A stretch of DNA of 63,763 bases, the filler included, from Octopus bimaculoides (Eukaryota): assembly GCF_001194135.2 (NCBI RefSeq). It is 6 parts of 4 records of this genome, joined end to end, with 100 filler letters (N's around TTAATTAATTAA, not from the genome) between each part and the next. Parts side by side here need not be neighbours in the genome. Positions count along the whole stretch, not along the records: positions 1 to 31,250 come from NC_068981.1; 5 more parts are not named here. The stretch is one strand, 5' to 3'. The notes beneath the pieces were generated by a model. It was not told the origin of the DNA. It saw nothing but the letters and a program-made list of their open reading frames with translations, and did no database searches. Positions 1 through 11,650 of the stretch are shown here, in pieces. How positions within the stretch are numbered: the stretch's first letter is position 1; each line of letters starts with the position of its first letter. Both the position numbers and the translations under genes were made by a program.

Positions 1-31
<31 letters not shown>

Positions 32-120
32 TATATATATACATATACACGTGCGCACACACACACACATATATATATATATATAAGTATGTATGTATAA
101 GTATGTGTGTGCATATGTTT

Positions 121-303
121 GTGTGTCTGTGTTTGTCTCCCAACATCGCTTGACAACCGATGGCGGTGTGTTTACGTCCCCGTAACTTAGCAGATCGAGA
201 AAACAGATCGATAGAATAAATCCTGAGGTTGACTTACTTGACTAAAGGCTGCACTCCACCATGTCCGCAGTCATATGACTGAAACAAATAAAAGAATAAA
301 AGA
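121..303 (+). mobile_element. SINE family A, 3' half
   Basis: CAACATCGCTTGACAACCGATG...TTTACGTCCCCGTAACTTAGC...ATGACTGAAACAAATAAAAGA matches the 3' halves of the full copies at 31380 and 33514. Confidence 0.8.
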
Positions 304-413
304 ATATATATATATTCGTGACATCTTATATATAAAGGTTTCTCCAAAATTTTTACATAACCTTTACTTCGCTAACCGTAGATGTAGGCAAATGATTAAT
401 AGGCATAAACTTA

Positions 414-1083
414 GGATCCTGTTCGAAACGGGAGCACCAGTTTTCATTAATGTTTTATGTAGTGTTTTTGGTTGCGAAAGACTTTCAAACTTCGTATACT
501 TATCTATTTTGTGTTATAGAACAGAAAAAAATGTTTGTATTCGGATTTATTTCATGTAAAAAAGTGTCTTATTTCGATAATTTCAACCAATCACTGACAA
601 GTATTCAGCTGTTTACAAGTTACTCCTTTGGCACTTTAAGCGGTGTAAAGCGTATTTAATCTCCATTACTTCTGACATTTTGCAGAGGCAACACACGTGT
701 GTTCGTTTTCCCTAACCCTAACCCTAACCCTAATTGACTTGCTGCTTCCCTCAAAAATCATGCCTTGTGCCTATAATAGAAAGGTTTATTAGCTACTGCC
801 AATATGCTTCAGCCATTTTTTGACAAGGAAATAATAATTTTATCACCGCCGAGATTCGTTTGTTTACGTAGTCAGCACTTAACTTTTACGGCTGAATGGA
901 CGTCAGTCATTGGTTGAAATTACAGAAATACGACAACTTTAACATGAAATAACTTGCGATGTACTGTTTTTTGTTAAGAAGACTAAGAGAACAAGATGTT
1001 TTATATGACACATTCTACCAGTGTCCCAAGTCTGAAAGTGTTTCGTTAAGAAAATACTGGTGCCCCCGTTTTGAACAGGATCC
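414..1083. mobile_element. Non-autonomous TIR DNA transposon (MITE) with internal (CCCTAA)n; Merlin-like termini
   Basis: TIRs GGATCCTGTTCGAAACGGGAGCACCAGT and ACTGGTGCCCCCGTTTTGAACAGGATCC (26/28 match). Perfect 8-bp TSD TAAACTTA at 406-413 and 1084-1091. CCCTAA repeats at ~710-732. Homologous to copies at 48944 and 51476. Confidence 0.9.
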
Positions 1084-1164
1084 TAAACTTAGAATTACTT
1101 TCAGGTGTGTGTATGCTTGTGAAAATACACACAGACACGCACGCACACACGCACGCACGCATGC

Positions 1165-1195
<31 letters not shown>

Positions 1196-1430
1196 TACAT
1201 ATGTATATGAAGATGCCTCTATATATGTGTGTATATGTGAGTGTGTATGTGCTTGTGTGTGTGTGTGTGTGTGTGTGTTTATGTTCATACATATATGTAC
1301 AGCATATGGAAAGTGGACGTTAAATGTTGATGGTGATAATGATAGGTAGAAATTTATAAGAAGTTAACTAAATAGCGAATATTATTAGTCGTTTCTGTTT
1401 TGATTAAAAGGGTGCAGCCTATACTCTTAT

Positions 1431-1710
1431 TCAAGCAACGTGGCTGCTAGCTTTGATGCTGTAATAAAGTCTGGATGAGCTGTAAGCAGAACCGCCAGGC
1501 ATTGCTAGTGTAAATGAGAAATCTCTATTAATGAAATTATACCAGGTGATGCCCATTGGACGAGGCGTACCCTCATTAAATAGTTCCTGGCAGCTAGATG
1601 CTTCTCTGTAGTCTGAGCCAGCTAGAATTGTTAATACGTTACCGAAGAGAGTAACTGAAAATACCGCAGCTTTCGTAAACATTATAACAAAGAAAGAATT
1701 AGTTAAATAT
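1431..1710 (-). CDS. Candidate terminal coding exon of an unknown protein (YLTNSFF...SSCQELFNEG...SHVA*)
   Basis: 92-codon non-repetitive open frame after acceptor ...cgatttcag (alternative acceptor ...ggtattttcag gives an exon start at 1654), ending in TGA. No family recognised. Confidence 0.3.
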
Positions 1711-1882
1711 CTGAAATCGAGTGTAATAGTGTCATTAACAAATGTAAGGTACGTAATTGTACGTATTCTGATGTTATATTTATGTTGTAAAATGTGTGTT
1801 AGTAGATGCAGGTATGGTTGTGTAGTAAAGCAACTTACTTCCAAATCATGTGATTGCAAGATGGAAACTGAAAGAAGTCTGG

Positions 1883-1938
<56 letters not shown>

Positions 1939-1940
<2 letters not shown>

Positions 1941-2073
1941 CGCAGGCGTGACTGTGTGGTAAGAAGCTTGCTTCCCAACCACATGGTTCTGGATTCAGTC
2001 CCACTGCGTCTTACCTTGGGTAAGTGTCTTCTGCTATAGCTTCGGGCCTATCAAAGGCTTGTGAGTGGATTTG
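1939..2073 (+). mobile_element. SINE family A, 5' half (tRNA-derived head)
   Basis: GGCGCAGGCGTGACTGTGTGGTAAG...GGATTCAGTCCC (A/B-box-like)...CTTGTGAGTGGATTTG, truncated against the PLE fragment. Confidence 0.85.
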
Positions 2074-2510
2074 CATTTCTCAGCAAAATCTATGTCTATA
2101 GATGGATAGAGTGAAATTACATCCACACTACTCACTACACAACCTGTGAGGTCGTTGGATGGCTGCAAGTACTGATTTTACTGAGGAGATCCTCCGTGCT
2201 CACACAGACATCTGGCGACATTTCTATGGACGGTCGTAATACCTGTGAGAGGAAGTAGGACAGTCGGCGATATTCGCTCCACAAACTGGTCTGTTTGGGG
2301 CCCCTATAACAAGGTTTATGTAGGTTTTATGGTCTTTGTGTAACACGTATAGTGTAGGAACATCATTGTTGGATGCTTCAAGCGCGTTTCTTAGGTTGGA
2401 GTATGTTGCACCACATTCCCGTGTGTGCATTGAGGAATTTTCTTTGGGTTGGAAATCTATATGGTTGGTTGCTTCCGAAGAGAGCAGTTTATTTCATATT
2501 GATATAATGT
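2074..2510 (-). pseudogene. Penelope-like element (PLE) reverse transcriptase fragment, frameshifted
   Basis: Minus-strand frames give VPTLYVLHKDHK...RPVCGA, then CVSTEDLLSKI, then SSVDVISLYPSIDIDF. These match the PLE RT motifs PxLYxLxKxHK...RP and DVxSLYPSI in the correct order. Confidence 0.8.
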
Positions 2511-2589
2511 TTCCATTGATCGATATATATATATGTGTGTGCGTGTGTGTGTGTGCGTGCCTGCGTGTGTGTGTATGTGTGTGCGTTTG

Positions 2590-2624
<35 letters not shown>

Positions 2625-2625
2625 G

Positions 2626-2667
<42 letters not shown>

Positions 2668-3208
2668 AGTGCATGTATGCANNNNNNNNNNNNNNNNNNN
2701 NNNNNNNNNNNNNNNNNNNNNNNNNNNNNNNNNNNNNNNNNNNNNNNNNNNNNNNNNNNNNNNNNNNNNNNNNNNNNNNNNNNNNNNNNNNNNNNNNNNN
2801 NNNNNNNNNNNNNNNNNNNNNNNNNNNNNNNNNNNNNNNNNNNNNNNNNNNNNNNNNNNNNNNNNNNNNNNNNNNNNNNNNNNNNNNNNNNNNNNNNNNN
2901 NNNNNNNNNNNNNNNNNNNNNNNNNNNNNNNNNNNNNNNNNNNNNNNNNNNNNNNNNNNNNNNNNNNNNNNNNNNNNNNNNNNNNNNNNNNNNNNNNNNN
3001 NNNNNNNNNNNNNNNNNNNNNNNNNNNNNNNNNNNNNNNNNNNNNNNNNNNNNNNNNNNNNNNNNNNNNNNNNNNNNNNNNNNNNNNNNNNNNNNNNNNN
3101 NNNNNNNNNNNNNNNNNNNNNNNNNNNNNNNNNNNNNNNNNNNNNNNNNNNNNNNNNNNNNNNNNNNNNNNNNNNNNNNNNNNNNNNNNNNNNNNNNNNN
3201 NNNNNNNA

Positions 3209-3392
3209 TTTCGCCTGCCGTTACGTTCTGAGTTCAAATTCCGCCGAGGTCGACTTTGCCTTTCATCCTTTCGGGGTCGATAAATTAAGAACCAGTTACG
3301 CACTGGGGTCGATGTAATCGACTTAATCTCTATGTCTGTCCTTGTTTGTCCCCTCTATGTTTAGCCCCTTGTTGGCAATAAAGAAATAAGAA
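3209..3392 (+). mobile_element. SINE family B (tRNA-derived, conserved central domain), 5' end in gap
   Basis: GTTCTGAGTTCAAATTCCGCCGAGGTCGACTTTGCCTTTCATCCTTTCGGGGTCGATAAATTAAG, repeated many times in the window. Confidence 0.85.
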
Positions 3393-3943
3393 ACAGTACT
3401 GCACTGTATATATTTTTTTATTATTTTTATAATTTGTATATATTTATTTTATTATAAATACAAAACACCACAACGGAGAAATCGGCGTAAGCTTAAATAA
3501 TAAGCCGCGATAGGTGAAGCACGATATGCCGAAGTATTACTCTGTATGGAAATGCAACGTCTATATTTTCTGCTCTTATAACAGCCTCCAGCATGGACCT
3601 GTATTGAAAGAATTTCTCGCGCTACCTCTCTTGCACACACAACAACACCACAGCACCCACACTCAAGCCCTAACCAAACACTACAGGCAATATCCCCTTA
3701 CACCGTGAAGAGCATGACCGTAGAGGAATTTTCCTACTAAGATTCTCCCATGGTTTTTTACGTTCGGATTTTCACAACACCCACAAACCGAAATTGACAG
3801 TCTGTAACCTCTATATCAGGGAGGTATTGCAATTACTCTTCATACCAGTACCAAAATTTTGTGTTTCCCTAAGTCACACTTGGGTAACATCGCCCGAAAT
3901 GGAACTATAATGCTGGACTGAGTTAATACTATTGTGTATGTGT

Positions 3944-4154
3944 AAGGCGGCGAGCTGACAAAACCGATGGCACGCGGGGTGAAATACTTAGCGTATTTCG
4001 TCCGTTTTTACGTTCTGAAATCAAATTCCGCCGAAGTTGACTTTGCCTTTTATCTTTCCAGGGTCGATAAAATAAATACCAGTTAAACACTGAGGTCGGT
4101 GTAAGCGATTTACCCACTTCCTCAAAATTGCTGGCCTTGTGCCAAAATGTGAAG
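3944..4154 (+). mobile_element. SINE family B, near full length
   Basis: AAGGCGGCGAGCTG head, B-box-like GAAATCAAATTCC, central GACTTTGCCTTT...GGGTCGATAAAATAA. Confidence 0.8.
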
Positions 4155-4781
4155 CCTAGGACGTATGTGTGTGTGTGTGTGTATTAATGTATACACACAT
4201 ACATACACACACACACACACACACGCATACAAACGCACATACACATACATGTGAGGGAAGAAGTAGTATTGAATTTGTCTTTTACTGCTTGTTAACTGGT
4301 GTGGGTTTGTTTATATTCATGTAACTTATTAGTCAGGCAAAATGAGTCCGATAGAATATATGTCCTTGCGTTGAATCTATCGACTAAACCCTTTAAAAAA
4401 GTGATAAGTGTATGATATTTTCGCCGGGGCTTCAAGGACTCGTAGGAGAAAAAGTGAAATTTATTTTCGAACACAGACCATTTTATAAAGATAACCATGG
4501 ACTAGATAATGTTGTTACATATGGCAGTAGATTAAATCCACTATTTACAACGATGATGACTATTTTTATGTTGAAAATGTGAGTGATGAGGGACGTTTTA
4601 GGTAATGATGCGGCTGATAGTAATATAAGAATTAGAAGAGATAAAGAGGCAGTTTCTTGGGATCACCTATGTAGCCATCACATAGCTGTTGGGATATGCC
4701 CCAGATGATTTCGAAAGTTCAATATTATGGTTCATAAAATTCTGAGAAGCGTAATACTAAATTTATATTATTTAAAATTAT

Positions 4782-5000
4782 GAAGGCAGGGATCTGGCAG
4801 AGTCATTTGCACCCCGGCAAAAATGCTTAGCAGCATTTCTTCTGGCTTTTCGTTCTGAGTTCAAATAAAGCCGAAGTCGACGTTGCCTTTCATATTTTCG
4901 GGATAGTTGAAATAGGAATCAATTGAGAACTGGAGTCGAGGAAATGGATCAGCTACCTATCCCAACATTTTAAGCCATGTGCATGTTGTAGAAAGAATTA
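4782..5000 (+). mobile_element. SINE family B, diverged
   Basis: GAAGGCAGGGATCTGGCAG...GTTCTGAGTTCAAATAAAGCCGAAGTCGACGTTGCCTTTCAT. Confidence 0.7.
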
Positions 5001-5574
5001 TTAAAAAAATATAAATGCCAAGTGTTGGCAAAAACAGTGTTTAGAGATATAATTTGATAATTTTAGCGACGATATTATATGGGATCTTTTATCTGTTACG
5101 TTTCTGCCATGGGCTGCATCGCCCCTTGTTAGACAACCTGGTCCTGATCAGCTCTCTCACCAGCTCCATTTTTATGCTGTGCTTAGCGCGGATACACAAT
5201 CGCCATAGAAGACTGAATACCAGGACTGTTGTACTCAAACCTTCCAAGCAACTAAAGCTCCTAGTGGCGGGTCACAAGAAAGAAGGATAAGAAGCATAAG
5301 AAGAATGAATGAAAGAAAGAAAGAAAGAAAGCATATTAGAGAGAAAGAAATTGTGTATTGTTGTTATTTGATATTTTTCTGCCCTGTGGAGGAGTGAGTC
5401 AAACATAATGTTCTCCAGTTACTAATTTGTTGATGTCCGTTTCCCATTTTATAAGTCATACACAGTGAAAGAAGAGTCAGTAAGATGAAGCAATCTATGC
5501 TCGAAAAACCGCATTTCAAAAAGCTAAACTAGAGGGACACTCTTCCCTTGTCTCTGTCTGTCTGTTTGTCATGT

Positions 5575-5617
<43 letters not shown>

Positions 5618-6092
5618 GGGAGAGAGAGAGAGAGATACAAGTAGGCATATATTCATATATATATATATATATANNNNNNNNNNNNNNNNNNNNNNNNNNN
5701 NNNNNNNNNNNNNNNNNNNNNNNNNNNNNNNNNNNNNNNNNNNNNNNNNNNNNNNNNNNNNNNNNNNNNNNNNNNNNNNNNNNNNNNNNNNNNNNNNNNN
5801 NNNNNNNNNNNNNNNNNNNNNNNNNNNNNNNNNNNNNNNNNNNNNNNNNNNNNNNNNNNNNNNNNNNNNNNNNNNNNNNNNNNNNNNNNNNNNNNNNNNN
5901 NNNNNNNNNNNNNNNNNNNNNNNNNNNNNNNNNNNNNNNNNNNNNNNNNNNNNNNNNNNNNNNNNNNNNNNNNNNNNNNNNNNNNNNNNNNNNNNNNNNN
6001 NNNNNNNNNNNNNNNNNNNNNNNNNNNNNNNNNNNNNNNNNNNNNNNNNNNNNNNNNNNNNNNNNNNNNNNNNNNNNNNNNNNNNNNNNNNN

Positions 6093-6141
<49 letters not shown>

Positions 6142-7146
6142 AGATACATTGCTATCACCTGCATATGTATATGTACATACGAACAAACTCCCTATATATA
6201 CCAAATACTATGTTTTTTTTGTGTGTGTATATACATGTATACATACATTCGTAATAACACACAGACACTGACACTAACACGCGCGGGCTCATATATTTAT
6301 GTGTGTGTGTGTGTATATATATATTATACGTATACATATATATATATGTGTGTATGTATATATATACAAATATGTATATATATGTGTGTGTGTATACATG
6401 TATGTAGATCGGTGTACGTCAATGTGTGTATGTTGTATATTCCTCTATCTTTGTTCTTATTCATGGGAGTGGTGTTAACTCCCTGGGAATCTGAATTGTC
6501 GGAGAGATGGCGGCCATAAAATAAAAACAGACGAACGACTGAAAGAACGACAGCCGACACATCATAGTCGAACATTCGAGGCGTATGTCACTTTATACCC
6601 ACTTTCCTGCTGCTAGACGTATTATATTATTTATTTATTTCTCAACACATTTGCTCTGTTCTTTTTGTTATAATCTGATAAATATTGACTGACTGCTTTA
6701 GTTTCTTTTGTGTGTGTGTGTGTTCCCTTTAACAGAATAATAGTTTGACACGTAGTGTTTGCTTTGTAGGAACATTCACTCACTTTTACATCGACAGACA
6801 CTAACTCAAGCACATGGACACGTACACATAAGAACCTGTACATCCGCATCAGTGTACTTATATGCATACATACATACATACATACATACATACACAAACA
6901 CATATATATATATATACACATACACACACACACACACACAGATACATTTCGCGCATGCGCATAGTTTGTTTTTGATTTTGTCGACTGCAGAGTAGAGTGG
7001 GTCAGTTGGGCTCCGTTTGTGACAAAAACAGCACCATGAAGTAATTCACTCTGCCAGAAATTTATTGTGCTTTTAATTATTAATTTTTCTATATGTGATA
7101 GTGGATTTTCATCGATGAGTTCTTGAAACTTGGTTATTTCCCCTAA

Positions 7147-7207
<61 letters not shown>

Positions 7208-9918
7208 GTTAGAAATGTGCTTGTCTAGGGCCCAAAAAATAGTTAAGTATTATATGTTTCTCTATGGAGCAAAAATGCTAGGTTAATTATTTATAAAGGT
7301 TTAAATTTCTATATGTCATTGGGAACAGGGTAGATAATGGATGAAATATATAGATTGTGCCATTGAATATGCTTATATTAATCACAAATGAGTCTCACAA
7401 ACTTTTACTACATTTAACTTTTATCAAGTCCAATATAATTATTCTCAATGTTGTTCCGTTCAAACTTTCCATTTTTTGTGGTTTTCATATTACGTTTCAC
7501 AAATAATAATTAAAATATCTGTTTGAAATTTTTGAAAATTTGATTTTGACATATTCAGATGAGGAAGGGTTAAATATAATTTAGACCCTCAACTGAATAT
7601 TGAAAGAGTTGTTAATCCTTATAGCTTAACAAAGTTTTTAGAGCAGAAAACTCATGATAATTACCCTTTAGAGTGGTGATATTATTGTCACAATTGCTGC
7701 CAAAATGGTGTCAGAGTTAATATAATCATATGCAGCAAAATCGATAGTAAAGTGAGCTGGAACAGAAAGTGATTAAACCTCATTAGACATGCCAATCTGG
7801 TATAATCAACCAGACAACAATTTCCTGTATTCAGTCATAGAATAAAGTCTTAATTTAAAATATTGCTGATCAATGATTTTTGTTCATATAAAAGTAAATC
7901 CAATATAATTTTAAAATCAACATTCATGTAATAAAATATCCGATAATGAAGACATCTTAATTATTTTCAATCTTGGAATCCATAAATATTTTGATGTTAG
8001 TTTTACTCTTAAGCGTCTCACTTTCTAATATCTTACCAATTTATTTTAACGCGTATATCAGGTTTTCTTGGTGCTTTAGGTAGGTACATAATCATTTCAA
8101 ACTGCAACAGGCACACTGCTTTTCATGCAATGGAATAAGAAAGTTGCTTCAGAACGCACTTAAAATTTGTCATTGTATATTAATTCAAAGTAAATGCATG
8201 TTCGATGTTTAACGATGAAAAATTTCAAATTTGTCCGATTTTCCCTATAATTTGAACGAGAATCAGAAATAAAATGGAGTAATTAATAGTAAACACAGAT
8301 TTAAAACGAAAATTATAACCTCTCAACTTCTATTTCTCGAAATTCAACTCTCTTTCAAAGACATGCAACAATACTAAATCTATAATTATTGCTATGAAGT
8401 GATTTGTGATGGAAACCATTATTAACAGAGCAAAATCATTATCTTCTGGTCATCGATAAAGTAATTATTCTCGTTCTCTCTACGTCCAAAGAATCGCATT
8501 TTTAGCTTTGCATAAACTTTACTACGCTCTACCGCCTCAAGCAAGTAATGTAATAGCAATTTAAAACTTTCGGTTCTGATCTAATTTAGACGTTGAATAT
8601 AAAAGTAGCAAACATGCCAATACCCGTATGTGTATTTACATACCTTAATTACAACATTTCTACTCTTACACTTTTAACTGCGCTATCAAACGTACTCTAA
8701 TCCTTCGGCATGAAATTACTTCTGCCTGATTGAGTAACTGCCGAAAAGGTGTCTCCTCACATGATTACTCTTTCCAAACTATTTAATCTGAAGTCTTTTG
8801 GGAAACCGCACGCCTCCGGGCACTTAATGACGTCATGGGATTTGATAAAAATTATTCAATTGTATTCACAACAAATATAATAAGATACAGTAGAGACACC
8901 AAGTTATTTTTAGTTGTTGAGCTACAATAACAGAGCGTATCAAGAACATAGAATCAATTGAGTACATTACAACAAAGGCTAATTCATGGCGTTCTTCCTT
9001 TCTTAATTAGTTTTGCTTATACAATGATCAAACAGCGTTTCCATCTTCTTTCCTTCCACACTTCTACCTAACGATTTACGCTTCTTAAAGATATTTGAAT
9101 CAGCATGAATTCAATCTAATTGAGAGAAGAGAAACTTTAGTTCTCTTTGCATTAGCTAGCAACATCAAGAGTAATTGTTTAAATCCTCTCATTTGTCATT
9201 TGGTTCACATATAGGAATTCTGGCTTTTATCTGAGGAAGAAAATGCCTTAATTACTGACCCAATATAACTGACTGCGAGACTTGTCACTTTAAATTTATG
9301 ACTCGTGGAGTAGAAGTCAAATCGTGAGTGGCGCACACAATATCAAATGTATTTAATTCAGCGGCGTAATTTCTTAACAATGTACGCGTATGTAAATTAT
9401 ATTGGATGCCAATGTCTTGACTGAACTAGCTGCTTATAAGATGATACGCTGTCGATACATTCTGCTACATAGTAAAGAAATCATTGAAGCAAGTTTTCAC
9501 CATCACGATACTTTCATGACAAAATAGATGAATTCTCAACTATTTTTCTTATCAAGAATTTGTGTTCGTGCTGTATCGTTCAATAATGACGATTAACTTT
9601 CCAGAAAGGAAGAAGCAAAAAGATAATTTGCCGTCAAAGAAGCTTATTTTTTTTCTTTAATTCTTTAGTTTGTCATAAAAATCACTCCAGGGCCATCTAG
9701 GCGCACTGCCTTTGTATGTTTGAATTTTAATTATTTATTTGTTTTCTTATGCAGGCGACTGTATAATTGATTCAGAACAAGAAATATCGCTTGTATCAGT
9801 TTCAAGCAAGAAGATTGAAAACCTTATAAGAAAACAACCTCATTCTGTTTCCACGTTTTGTATCCAACATTCATGTCAGTGCAGAGAGTACACAGGACAA
9901 ACAAAGAAGCCTCTACAT

Positions 9919-10264
9919 CAGTTGTTCTCAACGAGGGTCCATATTGCCCCTGAGGGCCCATATAAAATTTTAGGGAGTCCACGCAACAAATTAATACATT
10001 TTGGATCAGCAATAATATTTTAAGGAGCCCTGAAAAAAATTTGCTTTAGATGTATGTATTGGTATGTATTGCAAGAAGCAGCCAGTTTTTTTCTCAAAAA
10101 TTTTGCATTGTTAAACCTACACAAATTAATGTGTGAAAAAGAAAATAAAATTTTGAAAAAGTTTCTATAAAACTAGCTTTTGACATCGAATAGCTATGAG
10201 GTCTACCCGAATAAAAGAGTAACCAAAGGGGTCATAGATAAAAGAAAATGGTTGAGAATCCCGG
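9919..10264. mobile_element. hAT-like (Charlie-type) MITE
   Basis: Termini CAGTTGTTCTCAAC and GTTGAGAATCCCGG. 8-bp TSD CTCTACAT (9911-9918) / TTCTACAT (10265-10272) resembles the NTCTAGAN hAT target. Confidence 0.75.
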
Positions 10265-10566
10265 TTCTACATAGATCTGCTAGAGATAGCAATAAAGTCT
10301 TGGAACGGGTAAGTGAGCTGTGACTAAAGAGATAATATGAAAGGTGTATGAAATAAGAATCTTTCATTAGTATCGTATTTATATCCTATCAAAAGGACTT
10401 ATAATGTTTGATCGCCATACAAACAATTACATTTCAATGTCATAGCATTGTTTTCACATGGAATGAAGGGTAGACTATTTTGAAAAAAGATCAAGCTGTA
10501 ATAAAGGATAAAGAACTGCACAAGCAAAAAACCACATAATTAAGCAGAATGGTGTAATTTATAAGT

Positions 10567-10626
10567 CGATACCAGTACTGAACTTGTACTAATCTTCGAT
10601 ACCAGTACTGAACTTGTACTAATCTT
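10567..10626. repeat. Perfect 30-bp tandem duplication
   Basis: CGATACCAGTACTGAACTTGTACTAATCTT x2. Confidence 0.9.
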
Positions 10627-10705
10627 TTTGTCTCATGGGAGATAAAAGTCTGGTAGCGCCATTATTTTGGAATATATATTAGGGACCAGAGGCAATATTA
10701 ATACC

Positions 10706-10944
10706 GAGAGGTATTATTTTTTCTCGCTGAAACATGGATGTTTTATTAGAACAAACTTTACAGCAATATTTAAACATGGCAAAAAGCACGCTTGTTTGTA
10801 TATTTCGCCAGCGAGGAGATAACTTCCTACCAACTAGCATGCTTTCTCCACCAAAGCCTATACGAGAGTTTCTATGGTAAATATCGCAGTAAAGTTTGTT
10901 CTAACAGAACATTCACGTGTAATTGGGAATAAATATTACCTCTC
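10706..10944. mobile_element. Short MITE-like element with ~65-bp imperfect TIRs (GAGAGG...CCTCTC)
   Basis: Left GAGAGGTATTATTTT...TTAGAACAAACTTTACAGCAATATTTA is the inverse of right TAAATATCGCAGTAAAGTTTGTTCTAA...AAATATTACCTCTC. No clear TSD. A similar degraded right end lies at ~11240-11290. Confidence 0.6.
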
Positions 10945-11464
10945 GTTGTCAATTCTGCCTGTGTCACTAATATATATATATATTTTAACATGCTAGCTGG
11001 TTAATCGCGATACCAGCGCCTGTTCTGGTACTGATTCTCTATATATCACTAGCGGAGCCATGAGTCATTGCTATCTCTAGCGGTCGAGCATCCATCATCA
11101 ATGAGATCAAAGGACGTTGAAATTACGTGATCCGGTAGTCTCGCTTCCGGAGTTTGTGGGGTGTTTTCTCCCCGTTGGCGATTTAAAAACAAACAAATGT
11201 GCGTTCTGCACCAAAACCCTATATGAGAGTGTCTGTCATGGTAAAGTTTCTTGTAACAGATTATCCACGTTAACATGGGAATAAATATTGTTTTGAAATA
11301 GTTTCGTCTTGAATTAGAGAAAGAAATAGAGCTATGGTAAAGAAATTACTATTATGCACTTTTGGTTGTAGAAAGTATTCTTATGATATTTAGTTCTTTT
11401 TGTAAAGAATTATTTCCAAATTTAATTAATTACTTATAAAATAATAATAAACTTGTCTATTATA

Positions 11465-11650
11465 GGAACAAGGCGTGAAAATTTGGAGAGAGGGTGGTCA
11501 ATTACATCGATCCAAGCGCCTGACTGATACTTATTTTATCGACCCTGAAAGGATGAAAGGCAAAGTCAATTTCGGCGGAATTTGAACTAAAAAACACTAA
11601 GACGGACAAGCATTTTGTTGGTGTGCTAACGATTCTGTCAACTCCTCAGT
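11465..11650 (-). mobile_element. SINE family B
   Basis: TACTTATTTTATCGACCCTGAAAGGATGAAAGGCAAAGTCAATTTCGGCGGAATTTGAACT is the reverse complement of the family B core. Confidence 0.8.

Noticed and set aside
3452-3900. Possible PLE GIY-YIG endonuclease remnant (VAREIL...CISI)
   Set aside because: Weak similarity, and it lies on the wrong side of the RT fragment to belong to the same copy.
6505-6520. YY1-like and CRE-like motifs (also TGACGTCA at 8828 and AAAATGGCGG near 35485)
   Set aside because: Short motifs are expected by chance in 64 kb; no independent support.
7530-7573. piggyBac-like terminus ...GAAGGG|TTAA
   Set aside because: No matching opposite TIR found.
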